Assembly (NCBI GenBank): GCA_029246085.1
Contig: JAQWOB010000003.1
Coordinates: 7,608 to 71,607, forward strand
Direction: 5' to 3'
Source of the DNA: Gammaproteobacteria bacterium
GTDB lineage: Bacteria > Pseudomonadota > Gammaproteobacteria > GCA-002705445 > GCA-002716945
DNA length: 64,000 bases
Part shown: piece by piece, positions 1 through 9,208 of the stretch
Numbering within the stretch: position 1 is the stretch's first letter
Layout of the letters: each line of letters starts with the position of its first letter
Notes under the pieces: generated by a model
What the model saw: the letters and a program-made list of their open reading frames with translations, nothing else
Database searches by the model: none
What the model was told of the DNA's origin: nothing
Program-made: the position numbers and the translations under genes

Positions 1-1756
1 CCTCATTAGACAAACCTTTGATTTCATTATAAATGATTTGCTCAGGAATTTTTATATTTTGTGTTTTTAAACTGTTTAATACTTCTTGGTCCTGTCTCTT
101 CAGATACCCCTCATATCTTTCTTGTATTGCAACTAGGTGACCAACATCTGAATTTATAGTTTTGCCAAAAGACTCTAGCTCCTGAATATCTTTGTACTCA
201 ATATCAGACATTTTAAGCAAACTCTTCATTGTTTGGACATTTTTTAACTTAAGGTTAAACTTTTTTTCTAAAATTGAAGAAACCTTGCTTGATGGCAATA
301 TCTTTATTTCCTCAAGCCTTTTGCTTTCAGCCTTAATCTTTTTGATTTTATTTTTCAAAAACAATAATCTCTCGCTAGAGACAACTCCAAGTTTGTGGCC
401 AATAGCTGTTAATCTTTCGTCGGCATTATCTTCACGTAGTCTCAATCTATGTTCTGCTCTACTAGTAAACATCCTATAAGGCTCCGTCACCCCCAAGGTT
501 ACTAAGTCATCAATCATAACTCCTGTATACGCTTGATCTCTATTGGGACACCACATCCCAATATTTCTTACAGAACAAGAAGCATTGATTCCTGCAATTA
601 TTCCTTGGGCGGCAGCTTCTTCATATCCAGTGGTTCCATTGATCTGACCAGCAAAAAATAAATTTTTAATTTTCTTAGTTTCTAAATATTTTGTAAGTCC
701 ACGTGGGTCAAAGTAACTATACTCTATTGCGTATCCTGGTTGAGTGATTTCACAATTTTCCAGCCCTTTAATTGTTCTTAAAAAACTTAATTGAACATCT
801 TCGGGCAAGCATGTTGAAAGCCCATTAGGGTATATCTCTTTATCCGAAAGAGTTTCTGGCTCAAGAAAAACCTGATGAGCGTCCTTGTCGTAAAACCTTT
901 CCACCTTGTCTTCAATAGAAGGACAGTATCTTGGCCCAACAGAATCTATAACTCCGTTATATAGTGGCGATAAAGCTTGATTGTCCTTAATAATTTTATG
1001 TGTCTCATTATTTGTATAAGTTATATGACACGGTATTTCAGAGATAATATTTGGTGTCTGCCCATAATGGTCATGCATATATGACAAGCATGGTTTATTT
1101 TTATCGCTTCCTTGCTCTTCTAGCAAAGAATAGTCTATTGAGCTTTTTAAAATTCTTGGTGGTGTGCCAGTTTTAAGACGACCAAGAGAAAACCCATGTT
1201 TTTTAAAAAAGTTTTCTAACGCATTTGATGCATTGTCGCCCAATCTCCCCGCAGAAAAAGATTTATCTCCAATATGAATCTTACCCCCAAGAAATGTACC
1301 TGTTGTCAAAACAACAGTTTTTGCAAAAACTTTACTGCCATCAGACATTACTACGCCGCGAAGAACCTCATTATCCAAAATAATATTAGAAACCATTCCC
1401 TCCATAACACTAAGATTTTTTTGAGCATCAATTGCTTGCTGCATTTTTAATTTATAGGTGTCTCTGCATGTTTGAATTCTTGTTGCTTGGACGGCTGGGC
1501 CTTTGCTGGCATTAAGCTTGCGCCTCTGCAACGCAGAATAATCTGCAATTTTACAAATTAAGCCATCTAAAGCATCAACTTCTTTTGCTAAATGTGATTT
1601 ACCTATCCCCCCAACAGCAGGATTACAACTCATTTGTCCAATGCTCTCATGTTTCATGGTAACCAGAGCCACGCTAACATTTGCTCTTGCGGCTGCATGT
1701 GCAGCTTCACAGCCTGCATGTCCTCCGCCTATCACTATCACATCAAATTTTTTCAT
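1..1756 (-). CDS. mnmG: tRNA uridine 5-carboxymethylaminomethyl modification enzyme MnmG (GidA). The 3' end runs off the left edge of the window.
   Basis: Reverse-complement from 1756 translates to [65 protein letters not shown]..., the canonical FAD-binding N-terminus of MnmG. The frame stays open to position 1. It is absent from the ORF track only because it is truncated. Confidence 0.9.
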   Translation of the reverse strand, partial: MKKFDVIVIGGGHAGCEAAHAAARANVSVALVTMKHESIGQMSCNPAVGGIGKSHLAKEVDALDGLICKIADYSALQRRKLNASKGPAVQATRIQTCRDTYKLKMQQAIDAQKNLSVMEGMVSNIILDNEVLRGVVMSDGSKVFAKTVVLTTGTFLGGKIHIGDKSFSAGRLGDNASNALENFFKKHGFSLGRLKTGTPPRILKSSIDYSLLEEQGSDKNKPCLSYMHDHYGQTPNIISEIPCHITYTNNETHKIIKDNQALSPLYNGVIDSVGPRYCPSIEDKVERFYDKDAHQVFLEPETLSDKEIYPNGLSTCLPEDVQLSFLRTIKGLENCEITQPGYAIEYSYFDPRGLTKYLETKKIKNLFFAGQINGTTGYEEAAAQGIIAGINASCSVRNIGMWCPNRDQAYTGVMIDDLVTLGVTEPYRMFTSRAEHRLRLREDNADERLTAIGHKLGVVSSERLLFLKNKIKKIKAESKRLEEIKILPSSKVSSILEKKFNLKLKNVQTMKSLLKMSDIEYKDIQELESFGKTINSDVGHLVAIQERYEGYLKRQDQEVLNSLKTQNIKIPEQIIYNEIKGLSNE

Positions 1757-1758
1757 AA

Positions 1759-3096
1759 CTATTTACCAATACAAAAATCTGAAAATATTTTATCTAACAA
1801 ATCTTCGTTGACATCCCCGCCCATTATAGCAACTAAGCTAACATGAGCTAAGCGTAATTCCTCTGCTACTAACTCTAATTGTAGATTATTGTTGCAATCA
1901 AGTGCCATGTAAAGGTTTTCTAAGCAAGATTTTAGATGTTCGCGATGTCGCAACCTTGCTGTACCTGTCGTTTCATCATCCGGGACACTATTTTCAGACA
2001 GCTTCTTTTTTAGATTATCAATGCCAAGATTTTGAGTTGTAGATATATTGAAATGACTAACATTACTTATTTTTATCATTGTTGGATCAGCTCCAGTAAG
2101 GTCAATTTTATTATTAACGACCCAGTAATTATTAATTTTATTTTCAGTAATTAAAGCTCTATCCTCTGTATCAAAGCCAAGTGCATCATCAACAACATAT
2201 AAAACTAGGCTTGCTGTATTTATAGATTTTTTTGTAATCTCTATGCCTTGTAGCTCTATGCTGTCAGAAGTTTTTCTAAGCCCGGCCGTATCAATAATAG
2301 TTATATTATTTTTAGCAAGAGCCACTTCATGATGAAGGGCATCTCTTGTAGTTCCGGGTGTTGACGAAACTATTGACCCTTGCTCTCCCAGAAGAAGATT
2401 TGCCAAAGATGATTTTCCAACATTAGGCTTTCCAATGATTGTTATGATAGGTGTTTTGTTAACTACTATTCCATTATCTACAGATTTTATAAGTTTGCTC
2501 AATTTAGCTATTAAAGAGTTTATTGCGTTAAAATTATTTTTGTTGCTGTTCTCTGGAGAATCATCTTCTGGAAAATTAATACAGGCTTCGATGTTTGCTC
2601 TAAGCGTAAGCACTTCCTCAATTAGTAGTTTTATATTTTTTGAAAAATTACCCTGGAGCGTTATCATTGCCGCTTTAGATGCACTGATATGAGAAGCATT
2701 TATTAAATCTGCTATTGCCTCTGCCTGAACTAAATCAATTTTATTATTTAAAAATGCTCTTTCAGTAAATTCTCCTGGTTTAGAAAGCCTCGCATAAACA
2801 TCACAGATCTGTTCCAAAATAAAATCCATTGTAATCGGATTGCCATGCGACTGTATTTCTAGCATGTCTTCACCCGTATAAGAAGAGGGGCCTTTATAAT
2901 AAATTACAATTACATCATCAATTAACGTATTACTCTTGTCTCGTATTTTAACATTAGTTGCAAATCTTGGCTTGAGCTCACTGCCTATAAAATCTTTAGT
3001 TATTTTAAGTACATTTTTCCCTGACACTCTTATCACGCCTATAGCTGACTTCCCGTGAGCTGTTGAAATTGCCGCTATTGTTTCTTTGGCGGTCAT
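1759..3096 (-). CDS. mnmE: tRNA modification GTPase MnmE (TrmE).
   Basis: 445 aa. N-terminal TrmE domain ([20 protein letters not shown]), G-domain ([20 protein letters not shown]) and C-terminal CIGK motif. Sits directly upstream of mnmG. Confidence 0.95.
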   Translation of the reverse strand: MTAKETIAAISTAHGKSAIGVIRVSGKNVLKITKDFIGSELKPRFATNVKIRDKSNTLIDDVIVIYYKGPSSYTGEDMLEIQSHGNPITMDFILEQICDVYARLSKPGEFTERAFLNNKIDLVQAEAIADLINASHISASKAAMITLQGNFSKNIKLLIEEVLTLRANIEACINFPEDDSPENSNKNNFNAINSLIAKLSKLIKSVDNGIVVNKTPIITIIGKPNVGKSSLANLLLGEQGSIVSSTPGTTRDALHHEVALAKNNITIIDTAGLRKTSDSIELQGIEITKKSINTASLVLYVVDDALGFDTEDRALITENKINNYWVVNNKIDLTGADPTMIKISNVSHFNISTTQNLGIDNLKKKLSENSVPDDETTGTARLRHREHLKSCLENLYMALDCNNNLQLELVAEELRLAHVSLVAIMGGDVNEDLLDKIFSDFCIGK

Positions 3097-3101
3097 AGAA
3101 T

Positions 3102-4748
3102 TTAAGTGATTATTCTTTTATTAATAACATACTGTTGTGCTATTGAAAGAATATTGTTTGTTACCCAATAAAGAACAAGCCCTGACGGGAAAGTTGCAAA
3201 TAAGAAGGTAAAAACAAAGGGCAGGGTAAGAAATATTTTTGCCTGCATTGGGTCTGTAGGAGCAGGATTCAGTTTTTGTTGAGCATACATTGATATCCCC
3301 ATAAGGACCGGTAAAATATATAGCGGGTCCGCGCTTGATAAATCTTCTATCCATCCAATAAAGGGCGCATGCCTCATCTCAACGCTTTCAATAATTACCC
3401 AATATAGGGCAATAAAAACAGGTATCTGAATAAGTATCGGCAAACAACCACCCAAGGGGTTTACTTTTTCTTCCTTGTAAATTTTCATCAATGCTTCACT
3501 GAATTGTTTTTTATCATCTCCATATCTTTCTTTCAAAGCAGTCATCCTTGGGGTTAATTTTTTCATTTTAGCCATGGATTTATAACTAGCTTCTGATAAT
3601 TTAAAAAATACTATTTTAATCAAAATCGTGAGCATGATAATTGACCATCCCCAGTTACCAAAAATTAAATGAATTTTTTCTAAGACCCAAAAAAGTGGGG
3701 CCGCAAGAAAAGTTAGAACTCCGTAATCAACTGTAAGCGCAAGGCCGGGGGCTAAGTCTGTTATTTCAGCCTGAACTTTTGGTCCTATATATAGTTTACT
3801 ATCAAAAACATAAGACTCACCTGGAAACAAAGCGATATAGTTATCAACACTTCCAATTTGGTAACTGTTTTTATTGTCTTCAGAAAGCAGTCTTGTGTAG
3901 ATTGTCTTTTTATCAGAGCCTTTGTCTGATGGCAACCATGCTGTAAAAAAATAGTGCTGGATCATGCTTATCCAGCTTGTCTTTGCTTCTTTTTGAAAAC
4001 TTTCATTTTCTATGTCTGAGAAGTCAATTTTATTAAACTTGTCTTCACTATCGAAATAAGCTGCGCCCGTATAAGTATAAAGCATAACGTTGCCCTCAGT
4101 CTCTTCACCACGACTTAAAGTGTTGTATTGTCTCCATTCAATTTTTTTATTAGAAGTATTTTTAACCAGTTGTTGAACCTCAACCAGATGACTGTTTCTC
4201 GTGAATGTATAGCTTTTAGTAACCTCTGTTAAACCAGATGCTGTTCCTTGAATAGACACCGTTAGTTTATTATTGCCCCCCAGAGAATATTTGGCTTTAA
4301 CCGAAGTGTATTTTGTTGGGGCATCTAATTCTTGGCTTTGGACATTCGCTAAAGCAGTATAACGTGATCCTTTTGTGTTGTTTAAAAGCCTAACCTTTTC
4401 ATTAGAAGACCCAAAATTTTTTAGGTATTTAAGTAGTTCTGAAGAAACTATAGCGCCATCATCTAAGCTAATATTAACCTTCAGTGTGTCTGTTATTACT
4501 TCAATATTCTTGTTAGAGCTAACCCTGCTGCTTTTAATGATATCTTGTTTTGGCTCTACATTTGCTCGATCGCTTGCTGAACTTGTTTCTGGAATACTAG
4601 GCTGCGAACTAACAGTTGGCTGACCAACATTAGTGTTTGATGCGTCAAACAGTAAAATCAGAACTAAAAATAAAGAGCTATATAAAAATATTCTATTATT
4701 CATGCGTTTTTGTACCAGGTTTTGGAATGGGGTCATAACCATGGCCAC
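3102..4748 (-). CDS. yidC: Membrane protein insertase YidC.
   Basis: 548 aa. The conserved C-terminal 60 kDa IMP domain (LPILIQIPVFIALYWVI..., PSGLVLYWVTNNILSIAQQYVINK) and the conserved rnpA-yidD-yidC-mnmE context. Confidence 0.95.
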   Translation of the reverse strand: MAMVMTPFQNLVQKRMNNRIFLYSSLFLVLILLFDASNTNVGQPTVSSQPSIPETSSASDRANVEPKQDIIKSSRVSSNKNIEVITDTLKVNISLDDGAIVSSELLKYLKNFGSSNEKVRLLNNTKGSRYTALANVQSQELDAPTKYTSVKAKYSLGGNNKLTVSIQGTASGLTEVTKSYTFTRNSHLVEVQQLVKNTSNKKIEWRQYNTLSRGEETEGNVMLYTYTGAAYFDSEDKFNKIDFSDIENESFQKEAKTSWISMIQHYFFTAWLPSDKGSDKKTIYTRLLSEDNKNSYQIGSVDNYIALFPGESYVFDSKLYIGPKVQAEITDLAPGLALTVDYGVLTFLAAPLFWVLEKIHLIFGNWGWSIIMLTILIKIVFFKLSEASYKSMAKMKKLTPRMTALKERYGDDKKQFSEALMKIYKEEKVNPLGGCLPILIQIPVFIALYWVIIESVEMRHAPFIGWIEDLSSADPLYILPVLMGISMYAQQKLNPAPTDPMQAKIFLTLPFVFTFLFATFPSGLVLYWVTNNILSIAQQYVINKRIIT

Positions 4749-4950
4749 CGCCAGGGCGACAACTAATTAGTCTTTTCCCCGTGTAGTAAAAGCCTCTTAA
4801 AAGGCCATATTCTCTAAAAGCTTCTAGGGCATACTCTGAACAGGTTGGGATATGCCTACAGCTTGATTGAAGCATAGGCGATATAAATATTTGGTAACAC
4901 CTAATAATTATAACTGGGATTGCTGTAGTGATTTTATTGATAGTTTCCAT
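4696..4950 (-). CDS. yidD: Membrane protein insertion efficiency factor YidD.
   Basis: 84 aa. YidD/haemolytic-domain signature IIRCYQIFISPMLQSSCRHIPTCSEYALEA...GGHGYDPIP. Overlaps both the rnpA end and the yidC start, as is typical. Confidence 0.85.
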   Translation of the reverse strand: METINKITTAIPVIIIRCYQIFISPMLQSSCRHIPTCSEYALEAFREYGLLRGFYYTGKRLISCRPGGGHGYDPIPKPGTKTHE

Positions 4951-5255
4951 TCTTGCATAAGAATATCACTTATTTCATATTTTTCAGAATAGATTTTTGA
5001 AGAAATTAATAAGAGAATGTCGAACGACCCCAATTCTTCCAAGCAGTCTTTAAAACTCTCTCTAATCATTCTGCGAATTCTGTTTCTAATAACTGCCAAC
5101 TTAATGGCTTTTTTAGTGACCTGGATAGCAATTCTAGGTTGGTCTAGATTATTGTTAAAATATAGCAGTGTAGAGTTTTTTTGTACTATTTTATTAGCAT
5201 GCCTAAAACTACGCAGTGTGTTTGAAGAAACTTTAAGATATATGTTGTTGTTCAC
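4908..5255 (-). CDS. rnpA: RNase P protein component RnpA.
   Basis: 115 aa, basic, with an RnpA-like core (RIAIQVTKKAIKLAVIRNRIRRMIRESF). Positioned between rpmH and yidD. Confidence 0.85.
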   Translation of the reverse strand: MNNNIYLKVSSNTLRSFRHANKIVQKNSTLLYFNNNLDQPRIAIQVTKKAIKLAVIRNRIRRMIRESFKDCLEELGSFDILLLISSKIYSEKYEISDILMQEWKLSIKSLQQSQL

Positions 5256-5264
5256 AACAGAAAA

Positions 5265-5399
5265 CTAGGCGCAGAGTACAGCTCTGCCTTTTGCTCTTCT
5301 AGCGCTTAAAACAGCTCTACCAGCAACAGTGCTCATACGAGACCTGAAACCGTGTTTGCGTTTACGTTTTATGTTGCTTGGTTGAAACGTTCTTTTCAT
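5265..5399 (-). CDS. rpmH: 50S ribosomal protein L34.
   Basis: Not in the ORF track because it is under 60 aa. Reverse-complement of 5265-5399 reads [44 protein letters not shown], a near-consensus L34 sequence. Confidence 0.9.
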   Translation of the reverse strand: MKRTFQPSNIKRKRKHGFRSRMSTVAGRAVLSARRAKGRAVLCA

Positions 5400-5502
5400 A
5401 ATATTATTACCCGACTTGTATACTGCAAATTATATATTTCTTTGTCAATATATAATTTTGATTATTTTTGTGAGATATTAGTTTTTCAACTAGTGAAAAA
5501 AT

Positions 5503-6810
5503 ATGAATAATACAAATTTGTGGGATAAATGCCTAGAAGCGTTTTGCGACAACCTCTCAGAAAAACAAATGAAAACCTGGATTCATCCTCTTGAGGTCAG
5601 CTGTAATAGTGACACTTTAAGCGTTATTGCCCCAAATAAGTTTATAAAAGACACTGTTGAAAATGATTTTATTGAACTGATTAGAGAAACAGTTCTGATT
5701 ACAAGCAACAATGAGGTTTCGGTAGTTAAGCTTTCCTTGCCAGAGGTTAAGGCCACGGCAAGAATAACCCCTAAAGTAAAAACCTCTAGCATAAAGTCTT
5801 CGTTGAATGCTGACTTGAATTTTGAAAATTTTGTTGAAGGGAAATCAAACCAGCTAGCAAAAGCAGCTTGTATATCTGTGGTGGCAGAGCTTGGGCAGTA
5901 TAATCCGCTTTATATATATGGAGGGGTTGGGCTTGGAAAAACCCACTTATTGCATTCAATAGGGAACGAAATTCTCAAACAAGACAAGAGAAAAAGAGTT
6001 GTCTATCTACATTCAGAGAAATTTGTGCAAAACATGATTACCGCAATAAGGACTAATAAAATAGAAGAGTTTAAAGATTTTTACAGGTCAGTCGATGCTT
6101 TATTGTTAGATGATATTCAGTTTTTTGCTAACAAGGAAAAATCTCAAGAAGAGTTTTTTCATACTTTTAATACGTTGTTCGAATATAAGAAACAGGTTGT
6201 TTTAACATCTGATAAATATCCTAAGGAAATAGTTGGTTTAGAGGAAAGAATTAAATCCAGGTTGGTGTGGGGTATGAGTGTCACAATAGACCCCCCAGAT
6301 CTAGAGACACGGGTGGCTATTTTGCACGGTAAGGCAGAAGCAGTAAACCAAAAGATACCCGATGATGTTGCATATTATTTGGCAAAAAACGTGTATTCAA
6401 ACGTTAGGGAGTTAGAAGGAAGCTTGAGGCGGGTTTTAGCTACAGCACACTTCAAAAGAGTGGCGGTTACACTTGCTTTTACAAAAGAGACTTTGAAAGA
6501 TTTAATTTCTTTACAAGAAAGGCTTATGACAATTGAACAAATACAAAAAACAGTTGCTGGTTATTATAATGTGAGGGTTTCAGATTTACTGTCTGCGAAA
6601 AGAGATAGGAAGATTACGCTCCCAAGACATGTTGCAATGTCTATTGCTAAACAATTAACTAGCCACAGCTTGCCCACAATAGGTGATGCCTTTGGTGGGA
6701 GGGATCACACAACTGTCCTCCATGCTTGTAAAAAAGTAAAAGCATTAAAACTAACATCGACATCAGTAGACCAAGACTACCAAAACATATTACACACATT
6801 AAACAACTAA
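5503..6810 (+). CDS. dnaA: Chromosomal replication initiator protein DnaA.
   Basis: 435 aa. AAA+ Walker A (GGVGLGKTHLLHSIGNEI) and the C-terminal DNA-binding domain (TLPRHVAMSIAKQLTSHSLPTIGDAFGGRDHTTVLHA). Confidence 0.97.
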   Translation: MNNTNLWDKCLEAFCDNLSEKQMKTWIHPLEVSCNSDTLSVIAPNKFIKDTVENDFIELIRETVLITSNNEVSVVKLSLPEVKATARITPKVKTSSIKSSLNADLNFENFVEGKSNQLAKAACISVVAELGQYNPLYIYGGVGLGKTHLLHSIGNEILKQDKRKRVVYLHSEKFVQNMITAIRTNKIEEFKDFYRSVDALLLDDIQFFANKEKSQEEFFHTFNTLFEYKKQVVLTSDKYPKEIVGLEERIKSRLVWGMSVTIDPPDLETRVAILHGKAEAVNQKIPDDVAYYLAKNVYSNVRELEGSLRRVLATAHFKRVAVTLAFTKETLKDLISLQERLMTIEQIQKTVAGYYNVRVSDLLSAKRDRKITLPRHVAMSIAKQLTSHSLPTIGDAFGGRDHTTVLHACKKVKALKLTSTSVDQDYQNILHTLNN

Positions 6811-6984
6811 CTGTTAATAACCCGTGGAAAACAACGTGCGAGTTTATACCCACAGGTTATGCACCAACCAAACACCTTGTAAGAACCTCACGCTAACCAA
6901 AACTCTTTCTAAATACAGAGCCACTGTTAACTCCTAGCAAAAATTAGCAAAACATAACAATAAAAATAATATATAATTTTAAAT

Positions 6985-8097
6985 ATGATTATATCTATAC
7001 AGCGCGAAAAACTAATAGAGCCTTTAAAACAAATGGTAAGTGTTTCTGAAAAAAAGCAGACTATGCCTATACTGGGAAACATCCTTATTAGGGGTGGTGG
7101 TGGTTCTCTGTTATTGGTTTCTAGTGATCTGGAGGTGGAGGTCTCAACAGTCGTTGAGCATGGTTCGGCAGAAGATTTTGACACCAGTCTTCCTGCGCGC
7201 AAGTTCTTAGACATCCTTAAGTCCTTACCTGGTTCTGATTTAGTGGAGATAGATATCGGTGAAACAAAGGCAATAATTAAATCTGGTAAGAGCAAGTTCA
7301 CTCTTGCGTCCCTACCCGGTGCCGAGTTTCCTTATAAAGAAGAGAACAATGAATTTAAATTTAGCGTGTCAGGTGTAGATCTAGATAACCTGATTAGTCA
7401 AACAGGCTTCTCTATGGCCACACAGGATGCGAGACACTTTTTAAATGGAATGTTTTTAGAGGTTTTAGAAAATAAATTAACCGTCGTTGCTACAGACGGC
7501 CATAGACTATCAATGTCTTCAACCCAAACTAAAAACCCCACTGACGGCCCTGTAAGTTGCATAATACCACGAAAATGTATTATTGAGATTAAACGTATTT
7601 TAACTACATTTAAGGACAATAAAGAGAACATGGTAGGATTTATGGTTACAGACCGCGAAATAATTATTAAAATAGGCGACTTTATTGTTAAAAGCAAACT
7701 TATTGAGGGGAACTACCCAGACTATAAAAAAGTGTTCCCCGAATCACTCCCACACAAGCTCACGTCAAACAAACAAGATTTAAAATCAGCTCTTCAAAGA
7801 ATGGCCATACTTTCTAATGAGCAATTTAAGGGTGTTAAGCTATCGCTCAACAAAACAGACATAAAACTATCAACAAATAACCCGTCCTTGGAAGAGGGCG
7901 AAGACAGTATACCTTGTGAGTATTCGGGTGAAAGCTTTGAGGTTGGCTTTAACTTAAGTTATTTGTTGGAGGTTATTGACGTGATTTCTTCTGACAATAT
8001 TGAAATCCAACTCAACAACGCTGACTCGGGGTGTTTGATCTCATCTAAAGATGAAACCTCTATGAACAAATATATTATTATGCCAATGCGGGTCTAG
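6985..8097 (+). CDS. dnaN: DNA polymerase III beta sliding clamp.
   Basis: 370 aa with a typical beta-clamp N-terminus (MIISIQREKLIEPLKQMVSVSEKKQTMPILGNILI). Follows dnaA. Confidence 0.95.
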   Translation: MIISIQREKLIEPLKQMVSVSEKKQTMPILGNILIRGGGGSLLLVSSDLEVEVSTVVEHGSAEDFDTSLPARKFLDILKSLPGSDLVEIDIGETKAIIKSGKSKFTLASLPGAEFPYKEENNEFKFSVSGVDLDNLISQTGFSMATQDARHFLNGMFLEVLENKLTVVATDGHRLSMSSTQTKNPTDGPVSCIIPRKCIIEIKRILTTFKDNKENMVGFMVTDREIIIKIGDFIVKSKLIEGNYPDYKKVFPESLPHKLTSNKQDLKSALQRMAILSNEQFKGVKLSLNKTDIKLSTNNPSLEEGEDSIPCEYSGESFEVGFNLSYLLEVIDVISSDNIEIQLNNADSGCLISSKDETSMNKYIIMPMRV

Positions 8098-8098
8098 C

Positions 8099-9208
8099 TT
8101 GTATATTAAACAATATTCTGCCTTTAAGTTAAGGAGTATTAACCTTGCAACTCTTTTGCCCTCTAAACACGTTAACATCATTGTTGGCAACAATAATGCC
8201 GGCAAAACCTCTTTAATCGAGGGTATATACTATTGCTCCGCCCTTAAAAGCTTTAAGGGTGTGCCCCCAGAAACACTTATACAAAACACCGAAAATGCTT
8301 TTAAACTTCTTTTAAAAGTAGTTAAATGCGGTGATAATATCAACATATACACAGAAAAGCCTCTAAGTTCTTCTAAAATTGTTAAAGTTAACGAGAAAAA
8401 AGTAACGGCCAAAACCCTGCTTTTAACCTTACCCTGTATTGCCCTTTCGTTTGGTGTTGAGAATATTATTATACAGTCATCGGAGCAGAGACGGGGCTTC
8501 CTTGACTGGGGATCGTTTCACGTGGAACCCGCCCATTTAGCTAATTTTAAAAACTACACAAAGTCTTTAAAACAACGGAATAGCTTGCTTAAAAGGGCAG
8601 ACACAACCAATATTGATTATTGGACTAATGAGGTGATAAAACACGGGACCCTTGTTCACAAGCAAAGAAGCGAATATTTTGTTGATCTTAATAAGGAGTT
8701 TGTTAGCTATGCCAACAAATTAACAAACTTTGACAAGAGTGTTTATAACGATATTAAAAACACCAAAATTACCTATGACCAAGGATGGAATAAAGCTCTT
8801 GAGCTGAATGAGGCACTAGCACAATCCTTGGTTAAAGACATGGCTGTAAAGCATACAAGCGTTGGCCCACACAGGGCAGATCTTTTGTTTAATGTTGGCG
8901 GGATAGATTTAAAAAATATATCTTCAATGTCCACGCAAATTATCATCAGCTTGTTGTTGGTTTTGAGTCAGGCAGAGGTGTTTCACGTGAAACATGGGTT
9001 TAGACCAATAATATTAATAGATGATTTATTTTTTGGAATAGACGATAAGAACCTAAGGCTTGTGATAAACTTATTGGTAGGTTCAAAAGCACAGTGTTTT
9101 ATTACAGCGCCAGATCTATATAAAGAGAAGATAAAAAGCCTTGGCAGAAAAGCCAACGAGGTTAAAATGTATGAATTTATTGATGGTGAAATACAAGAGG
9201 AGATTTAA
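8099..9208 (+). CDS. recF: DNA replication and repair protein RecF.
   Basis: 369 aa with a TTG start. Walker A NIIVGNNNAGKTSLIEGIYY and SMC-like signature. Sits between dnaN and gyrB. Confidence 0.9.
   Translation: MYIKQYSAFKLRSINLATLLPSKHVNIIVGNNNAGKTSLIEGIYYCSALKSFKGVPPETLIQNTENAFKLLLKVVKCGDNINIYTEKPLSSSKIVKVNEKKVTAKTLLLTLPCIALSFGVENIIIQSSEQRRGFLDWGSFHVEPAHLANFKNYTKSLKQRNSLLKRADTTNIDYWTNEVIKHGTLVHKQRSEYFVDLNKEFVSYANKLTNFDKSVYNDIKNTKITYDQGWNKALELNEALAQSLVKDMAVKHTSVGPHRADLLFNVGGIDLKNISSMSTQIIISLLLVLSQAEVFHVKHGFRPIILIDDLFFGIDDKNLRLVINLLVGSKAQCFITAPDLYKEKIKSLGRKANEVKMYEFIDGEIQEEI

Noticed and set aside
192-479. 95-aa plus-strand ORF at the window start.
   Set aside because: Antisense to the C-terminal part of mnmG. 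The minus-strand frame there is open and translates to the MnmG C-terminal region.
6843-6854. TTTATACCCACA as a candidate DnaA box between dnaA and dnaN.
   Set aside because: It is a single site with a mismatch to TTATCCACA and no accompanying box cluster or AT-rich DUE. This is insufficient to call oriC.
6927-7301. 124-aa minus-strand ORF spanning the dnaA-dnaN spacer into dnaN.
   Set aside because: Antisense to the dnaN N-terminus, with no RBS and no recognisable domain.
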